Assembly: GCA_023213395.1 (NCBI GenBank)
Contig: CM041465.1
Coordinates: forward strand, 197,353,741-197,417,740
Length of the DNA stretch: 64,000 bases
From: Cycas panzhihuaensis
Taxonomy: Eukaryota; Plantae; Cycadophyta
Direction of reading: 5' to 3'
In this document: positions 10,401 through 25,236 of the stretch, piece by piece
Layout of the letters: the number at the start of each line of letters is the position of its first letter
How positions within the stretch are numbered: the stretch's first letter is position 1
The notes under the pieces: generated by a model
Told to the model about the DNA's origin: nothing
The model's input: only the letters and a program-made list of their open reading frames with translations
Databases searched by the model: none
Position numbers and translations under genes: made by a program

Positions 10401-13006
10401 TTATAGGAAGTGTATTAGAAATTTTAATAGGATTATTACTTCTTTGATAGATTATACTAAGGTAAAAGAGTTTGTCTAGAATAAGTTAGCAGAGCAGAGC
10501 TTCAAGCTAATGAAATAAAAGGTGATAAAGGCACTTGGGTTGGTACTATCATATTTTAAAGTAGTGTTTGAGGTTGATTATGATTCTTCTTATATAGCTA
10601 TTAGGGCCACATTGAGTTAGGAAGGAAGGCCAATAATATTTTATAGGGAAAAGTTGAATAAGGTGAAAAAGAAATATTCTATTTATAATGTTGAGTTTTA
10701 TGCTATTTTATAAGCATTAAGATATTGGGGGCACTACCTTATGCCCAAGAAATTTATCCTATTTATAGACTATTAGGTATTAAGGGATGCAAATATACAA
10801 GGAATTTACTTTCGTCATAAATCATAAACTAGGAAAATAAAATAAGGCTATTGTCTCATTAAGCAGAAGGGTAGTATGAATAACCACTATGGTAAGTGAA
10901 GTGATTGGGTTTGATGCTTTAAGAGATTTATATCACATTAATCCTAATTTTAGTAGAGTTGTGTCATATTGAAGGAATCCCTTACCTAATGGGAATGGAT
11001 CTAAGTATGATACTTATTTTATGTAGGATAGGTATTTATTTAAAGATAAATTACTATGCATTCTAGTTGGGTCTGAGGGATAACATCATAAGAGAAATGT
11101 ATGGTGGAGGACACTTTAGCTAAAATAAAATTATAGTTTTAGTGGAGGAAAAATATTTTTGGTCAAAGATAAATGGGATGTTGCCAAATATATGGCAAAG
11201 TGTAAAATCTATCAAGTAGCGAAATGGCATGTACGTAACATTAGACTATATATGCCATTACTAGTTTTAGAGGGGTTATGGATAAATTTGAGCATGGGCT
11301 TGTGTTACATTCGCTTAACACCTAACAAGATAATGATTCCATTTTTGTTATTATTAATAGGCTTTAAAAATAAGTCATTTTATTATATATAGAAAGACTA
11401 ACAATGCAACTAGAATAACAAATCTATTTTTCAAGAAGGTTGTAGGTTAGATGGGGTGAAGTTATAGGGATATTAAATTTCTGAGTTACTTTTAGAAAAC
11501 CCTATGGAAGAAGTTGGGGACAAAGCTACAATTCAATAGTGCATACCACCCACAAACTAATGCACAAATAAAAGTACTGAATAGGAGTTTTAGAAACCTA
11601 TTAAGGTGTATTATTAGAGAGAAGCCAAAGTAGTAGGATTTAGCACTAACACATGCTAAGTTTTTTAATAATAGTTTTGTGAATAGATCTACTCATAAGT
11701 CACCATCCCAAAATATATATGGCAACAATCTAAAAGGAGTATTGGATTTGGGATAGTTTCCCATTAGAAATAGGATTAACGATAATGCAAAAGTCTTTGC
11801 AGAACACATGCAATAGGTGTATGATGAAGTGAATAGGAAGTTATAAGACAATAATGATAAATATAAGGTAGTAAAAAAATAAAAAAAAGAGAAACAAGAT
11901 ATTTATAAGGAGAGATTTGGTAATGGTGTATTTGAGGAAGGACAAATTTTTGTACGGTACATATAATAAACTAACATATAAGAAGATAAGTCCTTACATG
12001 ATTATAAAGAAAATCAATAACAATGCTTATGAGGTACATCTACTATATGACATTAATATTTCATTTATTTTTAATATTTTTGACTTATATTTTTTTCATG
12101 AAGGAGAAGATGAGGTTGAAGATGAAGCAAAAGAGGTGAATTGGGAACAACACATACTTAGGAAGAAGAGGGAAGAAATTGAATAGCTATTGGATAGGAC
12201 AATATTTTACACAAGGTATATGGTTTGATGGAAGGGACTATAATTATAGGGTAATACTTAGATTTCTGAAAATGAATTAAAGAAACTTAATATGGACAAG
12301 TGGCAGGAGTTCCAACATGGAAACCCATAGGAGTTGAGTTCTTTTCAAGTAGGGGAAGATGATGTGGGAGCACCTACAAGTTTTAAATTTGAAGGGATCA
12401 AATTTTGGGGGTTGTAACTTTTGATCCAAGTGTTTATTTGAGTCTATTTTTTCTTGACATAATCTATAATATCAATAATGGCTATTTTTACGTAATTTTA
12501 GAGCATAAGATTATCTAATAGTTTAAAATAACATTTTAAAAATTTTTATCACTTCTATAACACTTTGTAGGTATTGATTTTTTTAGTTGAGAGGCCAATT
12601 TTACTTTACTAATGTTACCATATGGCCCATGACATGTTTAACTACCAACGGGTCAAATATTATGTAATTTAAAGCACTTTAAAAAACTTAGTAAAAAAAA
12701 AAATTAGATTTGAGTTTTTTGTTTTTTTTTTGTACTCCAAGTTAGTTCCCTAATTTAAAAAAATGGCAGTTAGGATCTTTTATGATAAAAAACCATAAAT
12801 TTAGTTAGGATTTTTTATGATAAAAAACCATAAATTTATATACTTACGCATTGCAAAAACATTTATGTTTGATTTTTAGAGTTTTAAAATAGAAAAATAA
12901 TAAGTTATACAATAATTATACTTGTGATGAGTTTTGGTTTTATTTTATTTGAGATATTTTATTATATTTGCATGCTTATACTGCTAAAGAGATCTTTATC
13001 CCATTA
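7440..13006 (+). mobile_element. Degenerate Ty3/gypsy chromovirus, CRM clade. 5' LTR partial (ends CATCA at 7683), 3' LTR 12360-13006
   Basis: PBS tggtatcaaaa at 7686. PPT aggggaaga at 12351-12359. 3' LTR TGATG...CATTA (CRM-type TGATG/CATCA termini). 7501-7683 matches ~12823-13006. True 5' end and TSD not resolved. Confidence 0.88.
8090..12365 (+). pseudogene. gag-pol relic of the CRM element (GAG-PR-RT-RH-INT-chromodomain) with many stops and frameshifts
   Basis: Gag EELIGWLNSIE..KKVKLTCTKLKG. Protease IFQARCT..KVVIDNGS. RT VDYRAINKI, FTKLDLR, VIYFDDILIYS. RH EKLN..YSIYNVEFYAI. INT SAYHPQT. Chromodomain EEIE.LLDR..YMV.WKG..NT.ISE, then SSFQVGEDD reading into the LTR. Confidence 0.9.
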
Positions 13007-13010
13007 ATCT

Positions 13011-13125
13011 ACTTGCCATGTGGGAGTCCCCTACAAATGTAAAACTAACCTGCCATGCAGGACTCTCCTACAAAGATAAAGCCAACCACAAGCATGGGAT
13101 ATTCCCTAGAAGTTATTAGATTGAC
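13011..13125 (+). repeat. Short degenerate ~38-bp tandem repeat (ccatg.gggantcccctacaaa)
   Basis: About three imperfect copies directly after the CRM 3' LTR. Confidence 0.5.
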
Positions 13126-14717
13126 ATGAAAGAATTCAAGTTCAGTGATAGATATGAGACTCAAGTCCCTATTAAATACATTAAAAAGACTTAATTATAT
13201 GCATGGGATATTCTTTAGAGACTATTATAATTGCATAAAACCATAAAAGACTGATAAACTAGATTCCTAAACTCTATCCTAGGTTTATAATATATCAAAC
13301 TAACATCAAAATGCTAAAGATAATTAGCCATGATCCAATAAATGGACTCTAACCACTAATGTATCTTTTGCATGATTTTTAAAAGATTTTTGTCTTATCT
13401 CTTCTGATATTAGAGTAGTAATAACTTCATCAAACTTTAAGCCACTTGTAGTAGTACTACTTATTTCTATTATAAGATTATCCCAGGAATTAGGAAGTAA
13501 ACATAACTAGTTGATATACTTGTTTTTTCAGACATAGTTAACCCAATTAAAACTAGATGGCACATCATGGTGTTAAAAGAATTGAGATGGCCAATAATTA
13601 TATTTCTATCACTTTTCCTAGTTGAATACAATTTTTTTAAGAAATAACTTATTTATTAGGGACTTTGTTTGATATAAAGCCCTTAATTTGTTTTATGGTG
13701 CCTTGGTTATAATTTATAAGGAAATGCACACCAATACCATATTAAAAAGGTAAAACTTGATAGAACTTATGACCTTTCTATCTAGTTATTACTTGACATA
13801 CTTATAGGTTTTGTATCTGATACAATGATTCATTGATCCTTCTCGATGATGATGCATTCCACTTTTAACTTCCATGTCTTAAAATTTTAACCATTAAACT
13901 TTTCATTATTCATCCTAGTAGTGTTTGCATTGATATATACACATAGAGTTCACCAAGTATATCTCCCACTTAATGAAAGATTTTCCATAGAGCCAAGATC
14001 CTTTCTTTGATATTAATAAAAGAAAAGTATAACAGAGAAGTGATGTGATAATAAAACTTATAATAGTGCAAAGAAATAATCCAAATGCATCTATAAGAAC
14101 AACATAAAGATTCAAGTCCACTAATAAATTATTTTTTTAAATAGAGTAATTTTTTAAGAGTTAGAGAAAAATCCTAATTTGCAATCCCCTTGAATCTTAT
14201 TACATGTATTACTATGGAAGTATACATAAACATAAATTTATAAGAAAATAACTAATAATATTACAATACAATAGGTACAAAACCATGGGTTAGAAAAGAC
14301 CCATAATACATTAGAAAAAATTTCTTAGGGACTCCTACATATGAATTCTTGCTTGGGGGGATGTCGACCCCCTATTCCCTTAGTCAGGGCCATAAGCTTA
14401 GGCCCTCCAAAAGTTTGGGTTAAGGTGTAATATTTATACCCATATAAGACTCATGAATTATTCAATATATCTAACATAGAATTTCCTTTTATGTGCATTT
14501 TAAAAACTTTTAAAGAGGATGTATTTGCATTTTATTATTTTTCTTAAATTACATTTGTTTAGGAATTTATGCGTATCAAAAAATAAAAAGGTATATGATT
14601 TAACAAGGTAAAAGCTTAATTGATATTTTTTATTTTTATTTATACATTAAAATCATTTGTATATATATAAAAAAAAAGGATTCTTCCACACACACATATA
14701 GATAAATATATACACAC

Positions 14718-14966
14718 TATTAGAATATTATTATTTAATATTTACATTAATGAGTTAGTTTAAGGGGTCACCTACCACAAATAAGATAAGTATATAACCA
14801 ACTACTATTTGGTTGGTTACACCTCATTTGTATTTAATATACATATCATTTGACATTACAATATTACATAAGATTATTATTTAGAGAGTAGACTAATTCT
14901 GCCTAGAAAATATGTGAGTACAATTATCTTTTATTCCTTTAAAATTTCTAACATGGTATTAAATCC
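14718..14966 (+). mobile_element. Isolated short Copia/TRIM-type LTR (14718-14953) plus PBS
   Basis: tattagaatatt (TGTT mutated)...ttctaaca followed by tggtattaaatcc (degenerate tRNA-iMet PBS). No partner LTR seen. Confidence 0.55.
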
Positions 14967-15776
14967 ATGTGTAGGTTGAAAGAAATTATTACTACATCAA
15001 TCATGTTACTATCATATCAAAGAGGAGTAAGAAGAAAAAAGTTATAGTCTAGTAAACATTCAAGCCAGACTTCTATGGAGAAATATATGCACTTTTTTGA
15101 AAACAAATTTAAATTTTCAAATTTGTATGATCTATAACATTTGTAATTGATTTTTTTTAACATAGGGTTTATGCAATGAAATTTTTTATAGCTAAAAAGA
15201 AAGGGGGATGCATGAGAAATGCTAAAACAAACTTAAATAAACAAATCCATTAGTAATTACATAATGAAATATATTTTGCAATAGTCATTTTATTAAAACT
15301 TTTTGAAACATTTCAATTCTTAAAACCCTAATTTTAGATGCATAAGAAATGAAATATTTATATTTATAAATCTAAAGAAACTGAGGAGAAAATTACATGA
15401 AAACCATTGCATCTAAGCTATGAAATTAGAAGGGATTTTCAACCATAGATTTAAAAGAAGGGGAGAGGCTATCAAAGCATATTCTCTAGGGTTTCTTTGC
15501 TCTCTTTCCTTAGGTGGATGCTCATCCTCTATGAACCTTTTGTAAGCAAATCTACATTGAATAAAACCATTGGAAGAAATCTATTTTTTGTATGCTACCA
15601 CTTAAGGTTTTAGGCATTGGGTGTGATTTGAAACTTGAGTTTTTTGTTGTTAAAACCTTGCAACATTAAAAAAGAAACAAGACACAAAAAAGTGGAACAT
15701 AGAGAAATATTCTATAATAAAAAGAAATTTTAAGATAGATTAGTCATTGAGAATAGTCATTTCTCAACAAAGAACT

Positions 15777-18727
15777 TGTAACAATAATCAATAGATGTCT
15801 TTTTGATACTTGTTGGGGTGAGACTCTTTAAAAACCTTAGATGAAAGGAGGGGTCTTTTTAAAGGTAACCAAGGTGACAAGTCTTGACAGATACTCAACT
15901 CTCTTCCAAATGGAAGAGAAATGTCTTTCTATATATGTGTTAAGATAAAAAGATCTAACTAACTACTACCTAAGCATTTATTAATAAATAATCAAAGTAA
16001 AAAGGAAGAAAGAAAACTCAAACAATTAATCAATCTCTAACTACTTCCCTCTGAGGAAATAAATAAACACATAAGAACTACTAATGAGTGGGAAAATCAT
16101 TGAGGTCCTTATCCTAAAAGATATCGCCCTAGGCTCCTTAACAACTGGTGACTCCAGCCCTATTAAATGTGTGATCTAACCTAGACTTCCATACAATTCT
16201 AAAAGAAAACTCTAGGTTGCATTAACTATAGATCGGGAGGACTGACAATTGAGAAGACTTAGAAGATCTCTGACCCTAGATTAATAACCCTATTGGGGGT
16301 TATCCATTAGGGACACCCTCACTCAATGGTGATCCACCTATGAAGGTAGATGGCTTGGGAATGTCCATGCCTAATTATAATGAATCTTCAACACTTAGAG
16401 GTGAATAAAGAAGATAAGAGCCACTCTCAACCTAAAGCGTGGTGGGAGGTCACCACCTTTGGAGTTTGAAATACATAGAACAAATTATTTTTAAGAAGGA
16501 TGAACTTGTATATTAGGAATATCAAGTCCCAATTAATCAAACATGCCCTTGTAAAGAGAAGTCTTTCTTCTTGAAAAAGAGTGAGCTTATACGCTATGGA
16601 TGTCAAGTCTTGATTGATTAAAAACACTCTTATAGAGGGAATGAGACCTAAACCTAAGGAGAACAAGTAATTTCATATGCCTTCGATGTAATCTAACATG
16701 CCTCTTTTATTGTATGAAACCAATCACATACCTAAAATATGCACACACCATATAATTAATAAAAGAAAGCAAGAACATTCACCTTAATGCATTTATATGC
16801 ATATGCAATATTTATATTATTTTTTTTCTCTTTTACTTTTACTTTTTATTTAATTTAAACTATAATCCAAATGAAGTCTACACCTTAGTCACACATAATA
16901 AAGAAGTATAGATCATTTTATGGTGCTTACAATTGTCTTAATTATAAATTCTCTAATTGTTTTGGCCTTTTGTGTTAGCTAATTAAAGGAGAATGACCAC
17001 CTATTAAATGCACCTTAACTTGTGTATTCCCTTTCACTTTCTTCTAGCTAAGACAAATACACCATCAAGTAAATTTAAAAAATAAATGGGAAGCATCTCA
17101 TGACATAGGAAAACAAATGCTTCAATCAATTTTTTTTTTTTTTTTTTGAGGATTTACTTTAAGGGGTAGGAACAGTAACAATAGCTTAGAAAGAGAGGTT
17201 AGAAAGGAAAGGAAATAGAAATCTACCTTACACCATTTTTTAGATCCATTAAAAGAGATGACTGATCAATGGAGGCTCTAAGGAAGATGAAAGACTTAAG
17301 CTTTCAATACAAGAGTTAGGAGCAATATCCTTTTGACTAGTATAATGGTGTAGTTCAATTAGAAATTCTAAGCTATAAGGTAGCTATCATAACTTTAAAA
17401 ATATTTTTTCTACACCTAGAGAGTTATGGTAGAAGAAAATGGATAAAGAGCTTATAAACCTATGGAAGAGAGCTCAAGACTCTCTTTGGAACTCCTTCAA
17501 TAAAACCACTCACCTCCTTAAGGAGAGTTTGTTAGCACCTGGGCTATGTGTGAGAACTTCTCCACTAATTATGATTAAGAATTTTATTGAAAGGAACCTA
17601 ACTTCCAAATAGAACCTATTATACTAACAAAAAATCAACATGCAAACTATGTTTAAGATAAGGGACTAATTTATTTTCTTTAGCCTTTCAAATTTAATGT
17701 ATAAATCAAGTACATATCTGAAATTCACATATAATAAAGAAAGGAACTCACTAACATTAACTCATAAATTTGATAAGACAAAACCAACCTAGAAGATGTG
17801 ATAAGGAGGGGCCTTAGACCTATGTTTTAGTGCCCTCCAAAAAGCTCCAAGCTAAAGCTCTCAATAGTCTAAAATAAGAGAGAAGAAAAGTTTGAAGTAG
17901 GAGCACAATGATAATGGGGAATTAAAGAAAATAAGGAGGTAGGTAGAAGAAGATGTAGCCAAAGGAAGAGAGGAGAGTAAGATTGAGTGTGTATAGCCTC
18001 AAGTTCATGAAAACTTTGATTAAAATCTAGAGATCAATCTTTACATGAACTCTCCAAAGTTTGAAGTGAGATCACTGAGAGTTGAGTGGAGAATCCAACA
18101 ACACTTTGTTGCATGAGATGTCCTTCCTTTTTTCTTAACAAATGGGTCAGTATTTATAAGAAGAATTGATGTGAGAAGTTAGGAAAAACTAAGGGAAAGT
18201 TAATTCATAGTTTCACAAAGACCACCTATTAAATGCACCTTAACTTGTGTATTCCCTTTTTTTTTTTTGTATATAAACAGTAAAAAATATAAATAAACAT
18301 TAAAAAATATGATCTCCATATAACTAAAAATTTAATCTTATAATTTATTACATTTTTCAAAGAAAGTCATATTTTTGGGCAATATAAAAAACATGACTAA
18401 ATAGTAAAAGACATGACAAATAATCCAAAAATATGATTTTAGAGGCAAAAATGTGACAAATAAATATTGACAAAAATGGTTTGCAATTAAAAATTAAAAA
18501 AAAACTAAAGTTTAACAAGTGTTAGATAAAGCTAGGGAAGAGTCAAACTAAGAGAAATTATTAATTGAGAATGTGATAAAAATAACTATTTAACAAGTTA
18601 AAGGCCCCCAAAAATCATGAAAAATAAAAGAAAAATGGAGTAATGTCTTAGATCAAGCTTGGAGGTACCATAAAAGCAGGTGCATTAATATCTATACATG
18701 ATTGATAATTGGGGGGGAGTAATTACA
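15777..18727 (-). mobile_element. Probable ~3-kb Tat/Ogre-like LTR
   Basis: Minus strand starts tgtaattactccccccc and ends ttgttaca. TATAAATA on minus near 18151-18158. Distal part is related to 2430-3222. Flanks do not form a TSD. Confidence 0.4.
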
Positions 18728-21393
18728 TACAAAATTATTTGTTAGGACATCACATCATATAATCAACAATTGAAACAAACATCTAAACAAACCTCAGTAG
18801 AAAATAAAGTGAGTTATGAATCTAGCCACGCTAAAGAGGGGTAGATCATGCTAAAATATTTGCCCCCTTAATGACAAAATCTCTACAAACAAATTGTAAT
18901 AAGATGGTAAATGCCATTAAACTTTCTCAAGAGGAGTTGTTCAAAGGTTTGGGCTACTTGTATTAGTTCTTGAGTTATTTCAAGAAGATGAGGTCTTAAC
19001 TATTAACAATACAATAGATGGGGTGACATGAAGAAGATGATATGAAGAGTAAGCTTAATCTTACCCATGAGATATATACTAAACCTATGAGTTAATTATG
19101 TATTTTTTGAGATTTTTTTGTTTTTTTTTTTGTGCTTTTCTCTCTAAGTATACTCAAACTGTCTAATTACTAAGATATACCCATCATTATTTAAGCTAAT
19201 TAGTGGTTAATTTTTAAAGGTGTATGTTATGGATTAGGTTACTATAGCTTAGCCTCATTAGTACCCAATATTTCAAAGGGATTACCACCATAGTTTAATC
19301 TCTTTAGTAATCATTTCACATTCTTAAGTGAGTGAGAGCATGAAATCTTAGAGGGATTTTTGTAGTAGAGATAATAGGGGTTAGAAAGACTACAAAATAT
19401 GAATTATTTGATGAAAATAGACTCATTTGACTATAATAATGGATATATTTTGAGAAAGTGTAATTTTAGGCTTAAAAGGTTCCTACCTCAATGTGAAAAT
19501 CTCTAAGAAAAGGATAAAGGGCTTCTAAAAGTGTAGTGGAGGTAGGCATGAGCTTACAATGAATGAAAACATCAAAGAAACATATTTTGATAGTGATTGG
19601 GTGATATTTAAAAGCATACCACCCTAGGAAGGACCCTTATATTCTAGTCTAGTCAGAAAGCTAAGTTCATTTATGCTATGAGGGAGTTAGTAATAAGGTA
19701 TTGATAAAGGATGTTTTAGAGCATTATGGGAGTTCTAGCCATTAGATCAACTCATCATGTATATTAGGAGATATGTGTCAAATAGATAGTAGGGGAGATG
19801 AGGTACTAAATGAGTATTCTAATACATTTTTATTTTAATTTTAGTGTTTTTAAATAAAACATGCAAGAAACCAGTCAAATATATAAATTACATTTAAAAA
19901 ATATGAAAAATAGATGAAAAACATAATAAATTAATTTATCATTTTTTAAAACTAATAAATTATATTTTTGACTATTTTGTCATAATTTTCACATCAAAAA
20001 TGTAAAAAATAAAACTTTATTTTTAAGCTCAAATTTCTCCTAAATTATTCCTTAGATGATTTTAAGCTAACATTTTGTCTTGATTTTGCATATTGTAGAG
20101 TCTTGACCATATAAACACTCAAGAAAATGAGGGGGTGTCATTGGATCCACACCTTAACTGACTTACTTTTATAAAGCGATAAATACTTCAACATTATGGC
20201 CTCTCTAGGGTAGCCATTCCATCCACCTAGTGATCAAGAATGATCTTTTAGTGGACTTCATCCACCTTTGGGTCCTCAATGAAGGTGTATATGGATTTGA
20301 AGGGATAGGGGTCCTACAGATCAACATTCATGACATAGGGAGTGTGACCAATCAAATCACCTCAAGAGGTATTAGAGCCATGATCTTACTTATGGAAAAA
20401 AATAAATTATAAAATAATATGTTCAATTCTCATCAATTTTATCTATAATCTTTATTGCATTAATTACTGTAATCCTTTATCTCATCTATCTATCTCCTTT
20501 CAATCTTCTACATATCATTAGTCCATATGCATTGACGATTTTTCTCTTTATGTTTTGTGTGCTCCCTTCTACTTATGTCAATTCATTTATTTCCTTCTTT
20601 GTTACCATTTCTCTCCTAGAATCCATTATAGACAACTCATTATGAGAGTCCATCTACACCTAAACATATAACTTATAAAAGTTTATCTATAACTTAGGTA
20701 AGATACGATAGAATATAAAAATAATAATAATAAAATTGAGGAAAAAAAGAAAACATCCTAGTCTTTTTAGAATCCATTAGCATCTACCTCTCTTGCCCTA
20801 ATTGGTATTTCATATCTTTCCTTATATAATCTGCTAGCATAACCATGGGTAGTTGAGCAACCATCATTGATAGTATATAATGATATATATATTTGAGCAA
20901 AAATAGAAAAAAGAACACAACTTACTTACATATAAACATTATCCCCTCTGGTATTTAACATTCTGTCCTTCACTTATAATCCCTACATGAGTAGAATTCA
21001 AAGTAGGAAAGCCAATTATTAGCTTGTAGTTCAACATCTCCACACCCTTTTTTTTTTCCATCTCTCCTTTAGTTTCTTCTAATGTTAGTTTCCCTCTACT
21101 CATATGCCCTCTATAAGCTGGCATATTTATGCATCCATCATCCTCTCTTACTCTTATATTAGTATATATTAATTTTTCCTCTCATTATGATCTTACTCCA
21201 TTAAGATGTGTCTCACTTGCATGTGCCTTATCATCATTTGATGTTAATTCCATTGTATTTCTCTCTTAACTACTCTCTACATTAGCCCATCTAATGAGCC
21301 TTCCTCTATAACCCATCACTCCTAAGTTATGTGGCCATTAGATTCTTCCACAGTCACTAGTAGCATAACCAAACTATAGTCACATATTAAATG

Positions 21394-24300
21394 TATTAGT
21401 GAACCTAGTTGAGACAAACTTTATGTCAAGTTAATGATTTGATGGGATATGATGAAAAGTCATAAGACATGATGAAAAATCATGGGACACCATGAAGAGT
21501 TATAGCCATTAGTTGGATGTACCTTTTAGAGTATTATTGATATAAATCCCATATAGGTTATCAAACATTGACTACAAACTGATGAATATGAGTCATATTA
21601 TATGACTATACTAAGGTGCATGAGGCCCTCATAAATTTTCTCACCATGATTGAGTGATTCTAATAGGTCAAGAGACTAAGCAATATTTTAATATAATAAA
21701 ACTATCATGTGTTTCACCATGGATTTTCTCCCACAAGAGTTTTCCATATAAATATATATGTATTGTTCTCTAAATGCTTATTATGTATGATCAAGGTCTT
21801 GTAGATATATGTTAGTGTTTTTTCACATGGTATTAGAGCTGATGGTGGTACATAGTTAAATGAGAGAAAGTACAAAATCAAATCAAATCAAAGGCTATTT
21901 GGTAATGTGAATGAGAGCCCTAAAGTAGTAATGTTGATTTTTTATTGATTATTAGGAGAGTAAAATGGGAGTGTACAATCATAAAAATGGATAAAATTAG
22001 TTGTTTAGGGCATGTTTTTTATCTGTTCATGACCTCTACTCATTATTAGATGTTGAAAGATTTCAAAAGAGTCAAACCTTATTTATATAGTATTAGGTGG
22101 ATGATAAGCATATATGGATAATTTGAGATGTGATTACACTCATTTGAAGTTGTAAAAATATTTGTTACAGATGTTGAACTTATGTAAAGTTGATAATGAT
22201 GTCATGATAAAGGAAATAATATAGATTTATAAAGTGTGGATGATGTTTAAAGTTTGTATGAGGCATCTCCAGAAGTGATTGGTTATCTCTTATATACACT
22301 GGACTCCAATGAAAGGTGAATGAACTTATTACAACATGTTAGGTAGTGTTGAAGGTATTAAAACTCATTTCACATCATTTTTTTGATAGTGTTTAGCACA
22401 TACAATTCATGGAGGATATTTGGCATTATTCTATGGATATAACTATAATTCCAAGAAAAGTGGTTAGTTCAAATTGATTTAATGGTGATAATGATGTGGT
22501 TGTAATAATCAATGATGATATAAATAATGTGGCTACTTTGAAGCTAGTTAGAAAATTAATAGGGTTATACATATGAACATGATGAAGTGGACAAATTGTG
22601 TGTATGGTGTTGACCTAATCATGAGTTTAAAGTATGATCTTAAAGCTTGGAATGAATAAGTCTGCTACATAGTAGCTAGACCATCCTAGCTAGTAAACAT
22701 AAGGATGGTTAAGGGTAACAAAGATCGAACTAAGTGGTTTGATAATAAATTAGATATCAAATGCAGGGTACCCTTAAACTAGTGGTTGGCACAACATAGG
22801 GAACAAATGCAAGAGGATGGCATTATAAACTAGGCAAAGTACCCTAAAGAGTTAATTTCCATGTAACTTATATGATAAAGAGAGTATAAAGAAATAAGAT
22901 GTGGTGAAATGATAGACTTTTGGGAAATGAAAAGCTTGATGGGCCACCTAGTATTATATGGGCTCCAAGGAAAGCTGATTATGAAGTGAATTGAGATGCC
23001 ACTCAAGGTCATACTAACTATAAAGACATGTATGACAAAGCATCCTAGCTATACCCAACCTATTACATACAACCTATAATATTCAATAAAAATAACTTCT
23101 ACAAATAAAAGGTAGTATGGAAATCACTCTGATGGTGAATCAACTATATAAAATTACTAAAGATGAACTAACCATAATACCTATAGATGTAAAGGAGATA
23201 TATTTCCTTTAAGAAAATTAGTTTATGGGTATTGAACTACTAAAACTATCATCAGCTCTAGACTAGAGATCCCTTATTTATAAGTTAGACATACCTAACA
23301 ATATCTAGACAAAAATATATAACACTTTTGAGAAGAAGCAAATAAATCATAAGGTTGCTTTGATAATGGAATTATTAAATGTTGTTGTTGAAGATAAAAT
23401 AAATATACCATCTACTTAAATAAAATAACAAATTTGAAGAAGAAGTTAGTTAATAATGAGCTATTATTCTTGATAATTATATTAAGGCTACCAACCTCAT
23501 TTAGGACATTTCAAACAATTCATGAAAAGGATGATGTGATAGAAAGAATGACCTTTTATAAGATAAAGACTCTTATCTTAACTTAGGCTGCCAAGTTAAA
23601 ACATCATGTTTTTATTGGGAATTCAAATTTAAATTATGTTGTAGTTGTAAAGAGATACACAAAAGGAGGTACAAAGATAGAGAAAAATGTGTAGAAGTCT
23701 AAAGAAAATAAGGAGAAGAGAAAAGAGAAATTCCATAGAAAATATAACTACTATAAGAAGGTTGGTCATATAGAAAAAAATTGTTTATTCAAAATAAAAG
23801 ACATGTAGAATGTGATACAAGATGATGATGATAAGGAGGTTGAAGCCTATAGTGCTCAAGTGTTGACCTCTAATGATGCCAACATGATGCTTGTTGATGA
23901 AATTAGGAAGATTAGCTTTGTAGAGAAGTTTTTCAAAAAATAAATGTAATTTAGAGAAGTTTTCAGTAGGTGTGAGGTTGTATTTGGTATGAAAATCTTG
24001 GGGCAGTTGATCATGGAGGCTACATTTATATATTTTAAAGGAAGGAGCTATATTTGCCAATTCAAAATGTGTAAAACTTTCTTTATGAAGTGAAGGTAGT
24101 TGAAAAGGGTTTAATAGTCATCTAAATCTATTAGAAGATACACTAACGAATGTGTACTCTAGTTTGAAATATTTGATGCTTCATAAGCTATACATGAAGC
24201 ATTTAATTAATGAAATCTTAATGAGCCACTCAACAAAATATATGATGAATTAAAAATTAAATAATATTATATTAAAGTGATTGAAATAAGGTTCTCCATA

Positions 24301-25236
24301 TACATATTCAAATATACATTCGCATATCAAGTAAATAATTATATTATTATGAAGATGATTTTAGACATTAGAGTTATATTGAAGTAATATTATGCCATAT
24401 GAGGCTGCATGGATATATATAAAAGCCACTAAGGGTTATATCGAAGGCACATGAAGCTTCGTGTTATTACTTGAAGTAAAAGGGAGGCCTTGTTGCTTCA
24501 TATTGCCTACATACAAAGCATGAATAACAAAAAAAAAAACCACTTGAAGAGTTAGAACTTAATGTAGATCTAGTGTAGAGTGGGCTCAATGTAAACAAAA
24601 CTATTAAAGAGAGGAAATTAATCCTATTCAAAGGTGTAGAGACCTTTGCAAGTGTGTGGCATGTAGAGAAGCTATATAAAGGCAATTTTGAGGACTTAAA
24701 AGTGTGTAAGCTTGGATTCAATGAAATTATCCTTAAGGGTAGATGTGTTATATGTAGACATGAGAAGAAGGATAATTACCTCCTTCACTTGTGATAATAT
24801 AACTAAATGGAAGTTATGATCCCACATTCATGCTAAGGGGGGATATTAGTAAACTTAGTTAAGGCTAAGGCTAACTTTGTGTAAAGTTAATGATTCATAT
24901 ATCCTAGTTAGGAGATATGAAGACACATGAGTATCAAGATGGGACATGATGGAGATTCATGGAATATGATGAAAACTCATAGGACATAATGAAGATCCAT
25001 AACCATTTGTTAAACTTACCTCTTGGGGTATTGTAAATATAAACCTCATATAGCTTATTAAACATCAAATAGGAGTCAGATGGATATAATTCATATTGTA
25101 CGAGTGTACTAAGGTGCATTAGGCCCTTATAGGCCTACCCACTATGGTTGAGTGATCCTAGTAGGTCACGAGACTAAGCAATATTTTAACATAGTAAAAC
25201 TATCATACATTCAACTATAGATTTTCTCCATAGGGA
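21394..25236 (+). mobile_element. Internally deleted Copia-type element: 5' LTR 21394-21827, 3' LTR from 24844 (truncated ~25236)
   Basis: The two LTRs align (tattagt.aac.tagtt ... taaggtgcat.aggccc ... agagactaagcaatattttaa). PBS tggtattagagc at 21828-21839. PPT aagggggga at 24835-24843. Gag zinc knuckle relic YNYYKKVGHIEKNC at 23743-23784. RNase H relic ACREAI* at ~24660. No RT recognised. Confidence 0.85.

Noticed and set aside
13430-14121. Minus-strand gypsy integrase relic (FIKWEIYLVN resembling PFxKWGIDLVG)
   Set aside because: Only one weak motif, and I could not extend it convincingly.
18730-21390. Second PMD-like or extra-ORF relic (short similarity of ~20630-20665 to ~62365-62400)
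   Set aside because: Similarity is too short and no PMD motif could be translated by eye. Needs tBLASTx.
21394-25236. TR-GAG (gag-only) classification
   Set aside because: An RNase H-like scrap (ACREAI) near 24660 indicates a deleted Copia rather than a pure gag-only element.
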